NCBI GenBank assembly: GCA_000004985.1
Contig: GG738856.1
Reading direction: 5' to 3' (one strand)
DNA: 64,000 bases
From: Naegleria gruberi
Lineage: Eukaryota
Positions 53,758-64,000 of this stretch are shown piece by piece. The notes beneath the pieces are model-generated. The model did no database searches. It was not told the DNA's origin and worked only from the letters and a program-made list of their open reading frames with translations. Within the stretch, counting starts at the first letter, position 1. The number at the start of each line of letters is the position of its first letter. The position numbers were made by a program, and so were the translations under genes.

Positions 53758-56280
53758 ATGAATCAATCGCCTAATCATCTTCTTCAACACTTTAACGATT
53801 TGGATGCCGAATTTCATCAGGCGGATAAAGATAGGGACAATATTTTGATTCCACCTGAAGCTAAGGTTTATTTTGACCAATTTGCTCTTCCTCTTCCTGT
53901 GATGAAATTTATTTGGGGATCTTCAAAAACAACTCCAGCACCTGGCTTGACTCTTGATGAATTTAAACATGCCATGCAAATGATCCGTCAAGAACTTATG
54001 AATCCTGGAAGTCTTCCTATTAATCAAGGTGGACCAAATTTCCAACCACCACAACAACAAGGTTTTGATTACAGTATCAGATCAGAAGATCGCGATACTT
54101 ATGAAACCAATTTTTCCAATTTGGCTAGAGGAAAATATACAATTTCTTATGATGAATGTATGAATTTCTTCTCCAAAGCAGGTCTTCCTAATGATATTGT
54201 AAATACAATTTTCCAATTGGCTGATTTTGAAAAGAACAGAGTTTTGGACAAGGAAGAATTTGTGATTGCTATGCACTTGTTGAGATTAAAGAGAAAGATG
54301 CCAAATATGCCAATTCCTAACCAATTACCACCTGTTTTAATTCCTCCATCTAAAGCTAATGTTACACCAACAAGTTTGTCTGCTAGTCCAAGTTTGAGAC
54401 CAAGAAGTGAATCAACAACTAGCATGGATAGTATTAATGCCCCACCAACACTTGTTTCTTCATCAGGAACTCTTGGATTTAACAACATGTCTGGTGGTTT
54501 AACTCCTTTGAATAATTTTGGAAATAATATGATGATGGGAGGTCCACCACCTTTGAATAATTTTGGAGGTCCAAACATGATGGGAGGAGGTTCAAATCAA
54601 ATCAATGTTGGTCCTGTTAGAGATATGGAAAATCAAATTAACAGAGTTCTCGATGAAACCAGAATGTTAAATCAACAATCCTTCCCACTCAGACAATCTG
54701 TTGAACAAAATGATCTCAGATTAAACGGTCTCCGAGAAAGAAAGGCTGATTTGGAAAATGATTTAAACCAAGTTCGTCAAGAATTTGAAAGTTTAAAGAT
54801 GCAAAATCAAGCTAAGGTTGAAGAAATCAATTCTCTTGAAGCTCAATGCTATACTTTCGAACAAGAAAGAATGGAATTCCAAAACCAAATTCAAAGAGTT
54901 AGACAAGAATCCATGCGTCTCGAACAACTCTTTGAAAGAGCTCAACTCTCTTTCCAAAGTGCAAGTGGTGTTGTTGATGCATTGAAAAGTGAATTGGAAC
55001 AAGGTGTTAACGAACTCATTCACCATAAAGATGAATTATTCAGGTTGAAGAACTCAACAGACCAAGGAGATGAACAAACACACATGATTGAACAAGAAAT
55101 TAATAATGCCAAGAACGAATTAATGATGGTTAAACAACAATTGATGGAAGCTAGACAAGCCAACGAAGAATTACAATTGAAGATCCGTGGTTTGCAAGTT
55201 CAAAAGCAAGATGTTGAACAAACAACTTTCCAAACCAAAACCGAATTGAGCAATCTCGTTTCCCAAAATGATGATCTTAAGAATCAATTGATTAGAGTTC
55301 AAACCGAATTTGAAAGCCAAAAGCAAAAAGGTGTTCCAAGCGCTAAGCTTGTCAAGCTCGCATCTTTTGTTAAACAAATCCAAGAATATATTCAAAGCTT
55401 TGATTCTGCTCTCCAAGAAGAATTCCCAAATGATACACCTTTGCAACTCAAGCAAGTCTCACCTATCAGCACAACAGTACCTATTACAAAGGCCAGTTCT
55501 GGATTTGGAGGTTTTGATAACGACGACTTTGGTTTTGATAACAAAAATGGTAATAAGGGAGGCTTTGGCAATGACGATTTCGGTTTCAATGTTCCACCTC
55601 CAGTTGTCACTGCAAACACTACCAAGGTTCCAACACCATCTTCTAAACCAGTAACTCCAAGCACTGGATTTGTTAATACTGTTCCAACTGTCAAAGCCCA
55701 AAGTCCAAGCTTTGAGCAACCAAAGACCAATACTGGATTTGGAGGTTTTGATAACGACGATTTTGGATTTGACAACAAGTCAGGAAATACTGGGTTTGAT
55801 GCTGATTTCAGTTTTGGTAACGACTTTGGCAAACCTGCTACTACTTCCCAACCACCAAAGGCAAGTTCAGGATTCGTTAATGACGATTTCGGATTTGATG
55901 CCAAGCCAGCCACATCTCAACCACCAAAAGCCAACCCTGGATTTGGAGGTTTTGAAAATGATGACTTTGGTTTCGATAGCAATAATGGTAATAAGGGTAG
56001 TTTTGATACAGATTTCGGATTTGAAGCTGATTTCAACAAGCCAGCCACAACTCAACCAGCCACCACTAAGCCAGCTGCTACTCAACCAGCTCAAGCAACT
56101 GGTTTTGATGATTTTGGTTTTGATAACAATACTAACACAACATCTGGTGGGTTTGATGATTTTGGATTTGACAACAATGCTACTAAATCCACTTCTGATC
56201 CTTGGTCTGATTTCTCAGCATCAAACTCTACAATCACAAAGGAAGCTGCTCAAGATGATTGGGCTTCTAGTGGTTGGTAA
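53758..56280 (+). CDS. EH-domain endocytic scaffold (Eps15/Ede1-like): 2 EH domains, coiled-coil, C-terminal D[DN]FGFD repeat array
   Basis: EH1 is FDQFALPLPVMKFIWGSSKTTPAPGLTLDEFKHAMQMI. EH2 is YETNFSNLARGKYTISYDECMNFFSKAGLPNDIVNTIFQLADFEKNRVLDKEEFVIAMHLL. About 230 aa of Q/E-rich heptad coiled-coil follow, then about 8 DDFGFD-type repeats and a terminal DPWSDF. The real start is probably the ATG at 53758 (aaaaaaaATG); the track ORF starts 23 codons earlier. Confidence 0.75.
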   Translation: MNQSPNHLLQHFNDLDAEFHQADKDRDNILIPPEAKVYFDQFALPLPVMKFIWGSSKTTPAPGLTLDEFKHAMQMIRQELMNPGSLPINQGGPNFQPPQQQGFDYSIRSEDRDTYETNFSNLARGKYTISYDECMNFFSKAGLPNDIVNTIFQLADFEKNRVLDKEEFVIAMHLLRLKRKMPNMPIPNQLPPVLIPPSKANVTPTSLSASPSLRPRSESTTSMDSINAPPTLVSSSGTLGFNNMSGGLTPLNNFGNNMMMGGPPPLNNFGGPNMMGGGSNQINVGPVRDMENQINRVLDETRMLNQQSFPLRQSVEQNDLRLNGLRERKADLENDLNQVRQEFESLKMQNQAKVEEINSLEAQCYTFEQERMEFQNQIQRVRQESMRLEQLFERAQLSFQSASGVVDALKSELEQGVNELIHHKDELFRLKNSTDQGDEQTHMIEQEINNAKNELMMVKQQLMEARQANEELQLKIRGLQVQKQDVEQTTFQTKTELSNLVSQNDDLKNQLIRVQTEFESQKQKGVPSAKLVKLASFVKQIQEYIQSFDSALQEEFPNDTPLQLKQVSPISTTVPITKASSGFGGFDNDDFGFDNKNGNKGGFGNDDFGFNVPPPVVTANTTKVPTPSSKPVTPSTGFVNTVPTVKAQSPSFEQPKTNTGFGGFDNDDFGFDNKSGNTGFDADFSFGNDFGKPATTSQPPKASSGFVNDDFGFDAKPATSQPPKANPGFGGFENDDFGFDSNNGNKGSFDTDFGFEADFNKPATTQPATTKPAATQPAQATGFDDFGFDNNTNTTSGGFDDFGFDNNATKSTSDPWSDFSASNSTITKEAAQDDWASSGW
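55495..56190 (+). repeat. coding tandem array of G-F-G-G-F-D-N-D-D-F-G-F-D-N-K-x-G-N motifs
   Basis: At least eight DDFGFD / FGFD units separated by G/N/T-rich spacers, with nucleotide-level similarity between units. Confidence 0.8.
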
Positions 56281-56314
56281 TTTTCCTAATTTATTGTAAT
56301 TAAAACATGTAATC

Positions 56315-57222
56315 TTAATCAAAAATTTTTGGGTTTTGCAATCTTTTTTTGAGTTGAGGATTTCTTTCAACTAGAGCGCCTAATTTGAAAACCTCTTTTT
56401 GAGCTAGGCTTTGTCCACTTTGATAGAATTCGTCTGGACTGACATGGTTGTGCACAAACCTTCTTTTCTTGTAGCAGTCAATGGATGCCACAGGTGTATT
56501 ACACAATAAACATTTCAGTTCCTTGTCTTGATCGTAAGCCTGATGAGAATACCTCTCAAAACATTCGTGACACATTGCCAAATGCCTTCTCAATGGTGAA
56601 TCATTTGAATTTTTTGAAAAACAACTTACCTGCAAGGATTGAAAATAATATCAGCATCGTCACTAAAGCAAATGCAACAACTTTTCCCATTAGTTATCAC
56701 ATCTGGTTGTTTGTCATTGGAATGATTCGATCCGATCACCATTGAAAGAGTGCTTAAGAACTCATTCACCTTTTTTCGAATAAAACTCAGTTGAGTTTTG
56801 TTATACCTATCCGATAATTGTTTCGGATTATAGTCCAACAATTGGAAATCATTTACATGAATCATATGGATTGATTCTCTCGCACCATTGATATATCCAT
56901 CCTGATAAATTACTTTACTCTTTAAATAATCCTTGTAATAAAACAACAATCTCCGAATCAAAGCACAAACTAAGTATAATACAAAAAATCCCTGATCTCG
57001 CTTATAATAATTTACAATATAATAACAAATGAAAAATCCATCACTCTCGTATAATATTAATCCCCACCACAATAATCTACAAATTATAAAAGGAATACTC
57101 AGAATTTGAAAAAATTCAGGAGTTTTCCCAACAATAAACAATGGAATGAAAGGATGTATCAGTGCCAAATATCCATACGTTTCATAATCGTCTAAGTAAT
57201 TCCCATCTCCAAGTGTAAACAT
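56315..57222 (-). CDS. multi-pass transmembrane RING (C3HC4) E3 ubiquitin ligase, 2 exons
   Basis: Exons 57222..56630 and 56588..56315; intron 56589..56629 (GTAAGT..GAG, 41 nt). The join is in frame: ...CCICFSDDADIIFNPC|RRHLAMCHECFERYSHQAYDQDKELKCLLCNTPV, giving C-x2-C...C-x2-H-x3-C-x2-C...C-x2-C. The N-terminal half has several hydrophobic segments. Confidence 0.65.
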
Positions 57223-57372
57223 TTTTTTGGCTTGCTATTTTGAAGAATTTGATAAAAATAGTTGTGATTTGTTTTACATCAAGACAATTAATGCAAAATT
57301 AATAAACAACCATCAATTCCTGGATTAATTGAACAAGTATTGCCGAGCCAAATAATCTAGTGATGGATGTGT

Positions 57373-57765
57373 TTATTCCATTGTCAAGATGTGTTTATGA
57401 GTACCAGTGGTTGCTTCGGAATCGACAACTACAACATTCAGGACTATACTTTCATTCTTCATGGAACACATTCCCTTATCACTACAAACATACAATCTAC
57501 AATCAATAGTGACAGTAACAGGTGTGGATGATGTCTTGTGTCCATTCAATTGAATATCAATTTTAGTAGCAGCTCCGAGCTTTCCTGTGGCTGGTGATGA
57601 GATGGAAACAATGCTTTCATCACTGGATTTAATATTGAAACTGTTAGGAGCATCCTTATTCAAGTGGATTCCATTTTGTTCCTGGAATGAAATGGTATAC
57701 TTTCCTCCTGCAGAGGCACTGATTTGAAATTCTGATGGGATTTGGATTGTCTTACTTCCGAACAT
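57373..57765 (-). CDS. hypothetical small protein (130 aa), possibly beta-sandwich
   Basis: ORF only. Alternating polar/hydrophobic strands. No family assignment. Confidence 0.35.
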   Translation of the reverse strand: MFGSKTIQIPSEFQISASAGGKYTISFQEQNGIHLNKDAPNSFNIKSSDESIVSISSPATGKLGAATKIDIQLNGHKTSSTPVTVTIDCRLYVCSDKGMCSMKNESIVLNVVVVDSEATTGTHKHILTME

Positions 57766-57910
57766 TTTTTTTGATTGAGTTTTTCATATTTCTATTATAA
57801 TTAATATGTCATTGTAAAGAATATATGAAGAGTTATAAAATTAGGCGAAATTAGTGACCTCTATTTTCTTTTTCTTTTGGTGCGAATATTGTAAATTAGT
57901 GCCATTTCAA

Positions 57911-58657
57911 TTATCGTTTCAATAATTGAAATAACTTTCTCAAAATCCAAAAGATTCCTAATAAGCTAACATATGGAAATATGTATTGCATAAATTCCCT
58001 ACTTATTGCAGTGGAAGAATCTTTTCTCTGTTTTGATTTAGCAAATTGTTTAGTTTTCTCAGATTTTGTTGATGAATTAGTGAAAAAGTAATCAAACATT
58101 TCAGAAAACCACTCATTCAATGAAAATTGCGAAACAAACTTCTTGTAATCAGTCATGAACTGTTTTTCCTTCTGATGAAAAGATTTGTACTCGCTCATTA
58201 ATTTAAGGACTGATTCATGCTCATCCTTTGTCAAATTATTCATTATCCAATCATACAAATGTGGATATCGACTCCAAGAAAAATTAGGAAATGCTCTATA
58301 ATATTCAATTAAATCACCCGATGTAAGAGTTTCATTATTTTCACTTTGTGATTTGATAATTATTAATTCATTTCCAGAAATTAAGAATTGCTTCTTGTTC
58401 GGAAATAAAACTAACTCTCCACTTTTAATGTACTCTATCGGATCGATGCTGTTCTCATAAAAAGGCTTTGTCATCCTCCCTCTCGATAAATCAATCCGAA
58501 TTAAATCGTCATTTGAATAATTAAACGTTCCGAATGTTGTTGTTTGATTTTTCAACTTTTCATCCCTCTCCTCCGAGTTTATTGATTTTATCTTCTCTTC
58601 TTCCTGTGATAATTGATATTGCAACTTGCAGATATCAGCAAGGCTCAGTTGCGTCAT
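57911..58657 (-). CDS. hypothetical tail-anchored membrane protein (248 aa)
   Basis: A single C-terminal hydrophobic segment, YIFPYVSLLGIFWILRKLF, followed by basic residues. No domain recognised. Confidence 0.4.
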   Translation of the reverse strand: MTQLSLADICKLQYQLSQEEEKIKSINSEERDEKLKNQTTTFGTFNYSNDDLIRIDLSRGRMTKPFYENSIDPIEYIKSGELVLFPNKKQFLISGNELIIIKSQSENNETLTSGDLIEYYRAFPNFSWSRYPHLYDWIMNNLTKDEHESVLKLMSEYKSFHQKEKQFMTDYKKFVSQFSLNEWFSEMFDYFFTNSSTKSEKTKQFAKSKQRKDSSTAISREFMQYIFPYVSLLGIFWILRKLFQLLKR

Positions 58658-58993
58658 TTTTTTTACTGTAAATTAATCCTAAAATCATTGATAATTGGCA
58701 TGAAATTCAAAGTCTATTATCACTACTTGTTGGTAAAGCACACAGAAAATATTACTCATGTTCTCTTAATTCAAGATAATACCTCATGATCCTATTGGGA
58801 TCAGCTACACTGAAATAAAATTTTTTACTGTAAATTGAAATATTTTACAAAATAATTGAAAAATCTACTTTACAATATCATTGATCAATCCAAACATCCA
58901 ATCCAATGCCTCAGTCCACGTTTATTCAGGTAAGGAATTTGAGAAAACAATAATCTGTCACTTGTAATTTCCACATGATTATAATTAAAAAAA

Positions 58994-60741
58994 ATGTCAA
59001 CACCTCCACCTTCCTTCCATCACCATACAAGTCGATACGAAGTTGAAGATGGTTATGTAAATGATGGACTAAACTATTATCATAACGATGAGACATCACA
59101 TAACCATGCGGAAAGTGAAGGTGAATTATCATCCAATTTTTCACATCAAAATTTCTTCCAAACTCCAAATCAACCACAATCACAACAACAATCACAACAA
59201 CAAGAGGATTACTTTTATCCACAACAACAATATTATCCACCTTCTTCTCCTTATTCGTATCAGATTAGACATGCCACATCAACGAATTCTTCACAACAGT
59301 CAACCGAGTCTTTTTTTACATTCATTAATAGATATGAAAAAGATGAAGCAAGAGAGGCTGAAGAACAAGAATCGAAGGGAAAATCAGAAAATGTTTCGGA
59401 TAAAAATCAATTAAATTCTGTTTCGGAAACAAAGGATGATATTTCAATATTGTTGAGAATTTATTCGAGGAGATTTACACCAGAATGTGTTGGGCGTATA
59501 GTTTCGTTTCTTCCAGTTTCTGTGTCATCATTAGTCAGTAAATCCTATCAATTGGGTAAGTTTTTAATTATTTCGAATATATTATTAACTGTTTGTTAGT
59601 TTTTGATGTCACCCATTATAAATCCCTCTATCAATTTGGGTACAATCACTATTATTCGAAACAGAGTGAACACATTTACAAACGTGTCAATGCAACATGG
59701 AAAGAAACTCTATTAGAAATGTACAAGATGCAATTCAGAGAAAAGGAACAAATTTTGTCGAGTAAATTTCCTCATCCCTCTGTAAAACTCACTCAAAATT
59801 TTATGGGATTTGTCAACTCTGAAGATTTATTTAATTTAAAGATTAAGAATGATTTTGAAAATAGAAAATTGAGATTTACAATGATCACCTATGAAAAGTA
59901 TAATACATCTGATATGTTCAAGCTCTTTACAAAGAATAATCAGAACAAAATTTTATTGGATGACAATCTCTCTGTAGAATACGAAATGAATGTAAGTTTG
60001 AAATTATAATTTTCAGTTGACCAAGAATGATTTGTTCAGTATGTTGGATATTTATTACCTGGATCACATGATTTTTCCAATTTTGAAAGTGCAGATGCAA
60101 TTATTTTAACATACAGCGTCATTGATTTTAATTTATTTTACACAATGTCATCGTGGATCAATTTATTGGAAACAATAGCTCCAGATGTTCCTGTAATTTT
60201 ACTTGGCACTCATGCTAACTATAGAAAAGATTCCCATATCATGTCAAAATTGAGAAAGAAGGAACGTTATGTCATGAGATTTATGGAATGTATTGAACTT
60301 GCCAAGAGATTTAATATTCTCTCATATTTGGAAATGGATGCCTGTAACTATGTTGGATATGAAAAGGAGATTTCATCTTGTGAAGAGGAAGAAAAGCATC
60401 ATATTGAACCAAATCAATCCAATCATTCAGAAAATATAATCAATGAAGAATCAGTGCCTTCTCAACAATCAACAACTAATAATGAATCTCAAATCTTATA
60501 TGATGATGACGATGTTCCAATAGAGACAATCATTGATATTTCATCAGAACAAGTACTTACTCCATTTATTGAACTACCAGATAACATCTCCAACCAAATT
60601 CATCAAACTCTAATTGCATCTTCCAAGGCAGCCATTCATTTTGCTCATGTAAATAATGAAATTTCTATCAGAAACTTTTGGAAAGGAACAACCTCTTTCT
60701 ACAGTGAATGTATGCCTTCAAGAAAGTGTTCCATCCAATAA
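58994..60741 (+). CDS. Rho-like pseudoGTPase with an N-terminal Q/P/S-rich disordered region, 3 exons
   Basis: Exons 58994..59555, 59600..59991 and 60040..60741; introns 59556..59599 and 59992..60039, both GTAAGT..AG. The three track ORFs are these exons. Exons 2-3 align to the Rho GTPase fold (DAIILTYSVIDFNLFYTMSSWINLLETIAPDVPVILLGTHANYRKDSH versus [49 protein letters not shown]), but the catalytic motifs are degenerate. The P-loop is absent (KLRFTMITYEKYNTS), DTAGQE is replaced by LPGSHD, NKxD by THAN, and SAK by DAC. Confidence 0.6.
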
Positions 60742-60862
60742 AGATTTCAATTTTGCCTTCTCTCAACCTTGCCTCCCAATAATATTGAGGTATTTAAAAA
60801 GGAATTTGTAAAGCCAAAATTCGTTCCGAAAATAATTTTTCTCTTTAAAAAAAAAATTTAAA

Positions 60863-61125
60863 ATGCCAGGTAAAGAAGGTGGTAAAGTCAAACCAGTACG
60901 TATTTTGTAGTTCTTTTTTGAAATGCTCACTAATAACCAACTATAATTTGTATGATGAAAATTATTAAAATAATAACAAATATTGATAACGGAAAATAGT
61001 TGAAGAAGCCAAAGAAGGACGACTCTGTTATGGATGAATCTGATGTTGCTTTCAAGCAAAAGCAAAAGGAAGAAGCCAAGGCTCTCGAAAAGGCTAAACA
61101 AGAATTGGCCAAGAAGAAGAAATAA
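60863..61125 (+). CDS. TMA7: TMA7 (translation machinery-associated protein 7) homolog, 2 exons
   Basis: Exons 60863..60895 and 61000..61125; intron 60896..60999 (GTACGT...AG, 104 nt). The product MPGKEGGKVKP|LKKPKKDDSVMDESDVAFKQKQKEEAKALEKAKQELAKKKK resembles MSGREGGKKKPLKQPKK...AFKQKQKEEQKKLE. The six-frame track missed it because of the intron. Confidence 0.8.
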
Positions 61126-61337
61126 ATTATCTTCCTTTTTGAACACCAACGAAATTATATCTGTGCTGAAACATCATATCTTGGCAATTTCTCTTGCCCT
61201 ACATCATCACAAAATAAATTTTCTAGTAGATAAATTTAAATTTAATTAGTGTTGTAACGTTATTGAAATTTAAAACCGGCTTATACAAAACAAGGGAACA
61301 TGACAACAACTTACACACGCAAGTTCATAACAAAAAA

Positions 61338-62909
61338 ATGTATTATTACTTTGGTGCAATTCCAATTTGCATTGTGAAGGATTTTGAATTGATGAATAAG
61401 AAATTCGTCAATCATGCTAATCATCAACAAGCTGACAAACTGATGAGTCCATTGGTAGCTTGTTGGAAATATCATTCCGCATGTTTTTCCTCTTTAATTA
61501 GCAAGGAATTGGATGCTCAGGGAAGATTAGTTCGAATGTTCTTTTACAATTTGGAGCAACAGATGAATGCAATCTCTTTTCAATTGTGTTTATTGGATGA
61601 AGATGAAAGGCCAGTGAATAGATTTGATTCTTTCTATCTGCCCCAGCTCATAGCAAGAAGTGTCTATTGTATCTGTACTAGACTTCATTCATCATTAACA
61701 GAGTGCAATTTGGAGTCTTCTTTCCAGGATGTTTCAGAACAATTTGGAAAGGTAGTCGAGTTTTTGGTTGGTGGAATGGAACATGTAAGGAGTACGAAGG
61801 GATTTGATGAATGTGTAAGAAGGTTGACAATTCTAATTGTTAGTAATGAGTGTAATGCAGAGTTTAAACAAGCTCTCTTGTTGATTTACTTATCTTGCTT
61901 ATGTGATAGATATGTAGATATTGAGGTGAAGAGTGAATATCCATTAATTACTTACACCAATGAGTTGGCCAGATTGATTTCTTATCCGATTGACTCGAAT
62001 AGAATTGTGGAATTTGTTTCAAATGATTTTTATAAGAATTTTGAAATTACAAAAGATACTCAACTTGAACATATTTTGGATGATTTTGAAAATGAGGAAA
62101 CATTGGAAAATAACCTTATTGCTTTTACACAATATTCATATTTTGAGAAGACTGTTTTTGCTCCTCAATTAAGACAATTGAGTTTTCCATTCTTGAAGCA
62201 GACACCTTTCGGTGATTGCCAAGAGTTGAATCTTTTTGAGATGTTTATCAACAATTTTATATTTAATCATCAAACTAAAAAGTATGATCTTTCATTGCTT
62301 CCAGATAATGTCAATTTCAATAAGGAAATTGAAAGACTTTTATTGGACTATGATTTAGATCCTAAACATGTAAATTGCCTTTCTTTTAGATCCAGATATC
62401 ACACAATTTTACAAGGAAAACCAGAGGTCTTTCAATATGTTAATGCAAGCTTTTTAACTGAACCAGAAAAAGATTACGAAGTGGATGTGTCAGCCTTCAA
62501 TATCCTTGCATATTGTGAGTGGCTATTTGGTATTTCATTAGAAAAGAAGGCTCCACTCAACAAATTCCTCAATTTCGATTCCTATCTCGAATTAAGAAAA
62601 TCAAAACAGGATAATTCCTGTTCCATCTCCTATGAGGATATCACCATATTGAAACAAGCTAGATTGAGATTTTGTTTGGAAAAAGGATTCAAGAAGGAAA
62701 AGAAACAACTTGAATTGGCTTTCAAAGAACTTTCTGCCAAGTTGACCACAAAGGATAGATCAATAGAAATCAAAATGGACAGAACAACAAAACAAAATCA
62801 CAACCTAATCATTGCCAAGTATCATTCTCTCAACAACAATAATTTATCATATGAAATAATAGCAGATCAATATGGAGCTCATGTAGCCACTTACCGAAAT
62901 GCAAAATAA
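61338..62909 (+). CDS. hypothetical protein (about 523 aa)
   Basis: Long ORF. The track start at 61263 is a TTG; the first ATG, in a caaaaaaATG context, is at 61338. No domain recognised. Confidence 0.5.
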   Translation: MYYYFGAIPICIVKDFELMNKKFVNHANHQQADKLMSPLVACWKYHSACFSSLISKELDAQGRLVRMFFYNLEQQMNAISFQLCLLDEDERPVNRFDSFYLPQLIARSVYCICTRLHSSLTECNLESSFQDVSEQFGKVVEFLVGGMEHVRSTKGFDECVRRLTILIVSNECNAEFKQALLLIYLSCLCDRYVDIEVKSEYPLITYTNELARLISYPIDSNRIVEFVSNDFYKNFEITKDTQLEHILDDFENEETLENNLIAFTQYSYFEKTVFAPQLRQLSFPFLKQTPFGDCQELNLFEMFINNFIFNHQTKKYDLSLLPDNVNFNKEIERLLLDYDLDPKHVNCLSFRSRYHTILQGKPEVFQYVNASFLTEPEKDYEVDVSAFNILAYCEWLFGISLEKKAPLNKFLNFDSYLELRKSKQDNSCSISYEDITILKQARLRFCLEKGFKKEKKQLELAFKELSAKLTTKDRSIEIKMDRTTKQNHNLIIAKYHSLNNNNLSYEIIADQYGAHVATYRNAK

Positions 62910-62920
62910 AGTCTTAAAAC

Positions 62921-62939
62921 TTTTTGGCGCCAATTTTGG
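62921..62939. promoter_or_regulatory. E2F-like palindromic site TTTTTGGCGCCAATTTTGG in the 52-bp spacer upstream of the 62962 gene
   Basis: Same core TTTTGGCGCCAA as at 51962..51973. It lies 12 bp after the upstream stop codon and 23 bp before the next ATG. Confidence 0.45.
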
Positions 62940-62961
62940 TGGTTTTTCAACTTTAAAAAAA

Positions 62962-63975
62962 ATGAGCGAAGAACCACAAGAAATCCACGCAGAGAAACGA
63001 TCGAGGAGAGCAAGAAGAGTACCACGGAATAAAACACAACAGGATGCAGCAATAGGTCTTGATGAGTCTGTTATTATTGATGAGACCAATCAATCTATAA
63101 TTGCAACAACTGTAGAATCGGAGAAAGAGGAACAAACAAATAATAATCAATCAATTATTGTACAACAACAAGAAAGTCAAACTAAATCTTCAGAGAATGT
63201 GCTCACCACAACTAAATTATTATCAATAGAGAAGATTTATAAAATAGTTAGGAGCAAGATTGAAAGTTCTAATACATCATCTGATGATAATGATAATTCA
63301 AAGTTTGTTTTGACATTGACTGAGAATCAAATCAAATTACGTCTAAACATTGCAAAGGAGAGGAAATTAGCCTCATTACCAGAGGCTGTTGTCAATAAGA
63401 TTTGTGACATTTTCTCAATTGCTGTTTGTTATTTGTGGAAAGTGGAGGAAAAACAAAACTTTTTACTGAATTGTTTTGGATCTTCATACATGTTGGCTCT
63501 TCGTGAAATATTAATGAAATTTTACATTCCTCTGAAAGATGATCCAATGTCAAATCAAACCCTTCGATTTCTTGTACCTGAGGAAGTGAAAGATTATGAA
63601 AAGCTTGACAAGATCTTGGAAGAGCAAGAAAAAGTTATTTCAGCAATGAATACAAGCAAAACTACTTCTGAAAAGAAAGAGAGTGACGTTGATTCATCTC
63701 TCTATGAGCTCATTCAGAAACACCAAGAAAGATACCAAAACAGGCAGAGTAAATTCCTTACAGGGCTAGCAAACCCAGAAAATTTCCTTAAAGATGCCGA
63801 CCTATTCAGACAACAAAGAATCAAAAAGTCTGAAGCACAGAGAAAGCAAAGAAAAGCTATGCTTGATAGAAAGAAGTTAGCACATTCAAGCACAATCAAA
63901 GCTGAATCACTTCCAGATAATAGATTTACAGCTGGTATTAAGGTTAAGAGCAAGAAAAAGAAAACCAAGAAATAA
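62962..63975 (+). CDS. hypothetical basic/charged protein (337 aa), possibly cell-cycle regulated
   Basis: Starts at aaaaaaaATG 62962; the track ORF begins 21 codons upstream, inside the previous gene. Basic N-terminus (KRSRRARRVPRNK) and a K/R/E-rich C-terminal coiled-coil. No family assignment. Confidence 0.5.
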   Translation: MSEEPQEIHAEKRSRRARRVPRNKTQQDAAIGLDESVIIDETNQSIIATTVESEKEEQTNNNQSIIVQQQESQTKSSENVLTTTKLLSIEKIYKIVRSKIESSNTSSDDNDNSKFVLTLTENQIKLRLNIAKERKLASLPEAVVNKICDIFSIAVCYLWKVEEKQNFLLNCFGSSYMLALREILMKFYIPLKDDPMSNQTLRFLVPEEVKDYEKLDKILEEQEKVISAMNTSKTTSEKKESDVDSSLYELIQKHQERYQNRQSKFLTGLANPENFLKDADLFRQQRIKKSEAQRKQRKAMLDRKKLAHSSTIKAESLPDNRFTAGIKVKSKKKKTKK

Positions 63976-64000
63976 AGATAATTTGTAAATTATTCATTAT

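Noticed and set aside
60896-60999. TMA7 intron contains TGATGA (C-box-like) at about 60951-60956, which could indicate an intronic C/D snoRNA
   Set aside because: No downstream CTGA D box, no terminal stem, and the motif is mid-intron rather than near the 5' end.

Overview
This window is eukaryotic, AT-rich (roughly 30% GC) and gene-dense nuclear DNA. No prokaryotic-style defence system, CRISPR array or transposon is visible. Positions 1-3600 are an assembly gap (N run), and a second 50-N gap lies at 31783-31832. The remaining ~60 kb holds about 31 protein-coding genes on both strands. Intergenic spacers are typically 35-400 bp; convergent stop codons are as close as 5 bp and adjacent same-strand genes as close as 52-60 bp. 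Introns are few and very short (39-112 nt, mostly GTAAGT...AG). Start codons usually sit in an A-run (AAAAAAAATG).

Genes I can recognise:
- a giant single-exon midasin/MDN1 (5449 aa, six AAA modules, D/E-rich linker, C-terminal MIDAS domain)
- histone H2A.X (C-terminal SQEF) with a long N-terminal extension
- a SAM-domain kinesin-13 (KIF24-like, with the KVD loop motif)
- a highly divergent tubulin-superfamily gene carrying a frameshift
- an EH-domain endocytic scaffold with a novel D[DN]FGFD repeat tail
- a Rho-like pseudoGTPase
- a TBC-domain Rab GTPase-activating protein, an F-box/LRR protein, a transmembrane RING E3 ligase, and secreted VWA and Cys-rich/GPI proteins
- guanine deaminase, an N-carbamoylputrescine-amidase-like CN hydrolase, and a YeeE/YedE-type sulfur-transporter-like membrane protein
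- TMA7, a divergent ribosomal protein eS1, an SRR1-like gene (also frameshifted), a thioredoxin-domain protein with a WCCPC active site, and a DUF4116-like 33-aa tandem-repeat protein truncated by the assembly gap

The most distinctive non-coding signal is a GC-rich E2F-like motif (TTTGGCGC, twice as TTTTGGCGCCAA) in three 5' intergenic regions: H2A.X/midasin, kinesin-13, and an unknown basic protein.

The ciliary/centriolar gene content (KIF24-like kinesin, divergent tubulin) suggests a flagellated protist or early-diverging fungus, but the organism cannot be named from sequence alone. All identifications rest on my reading of translated motifs without database searches.
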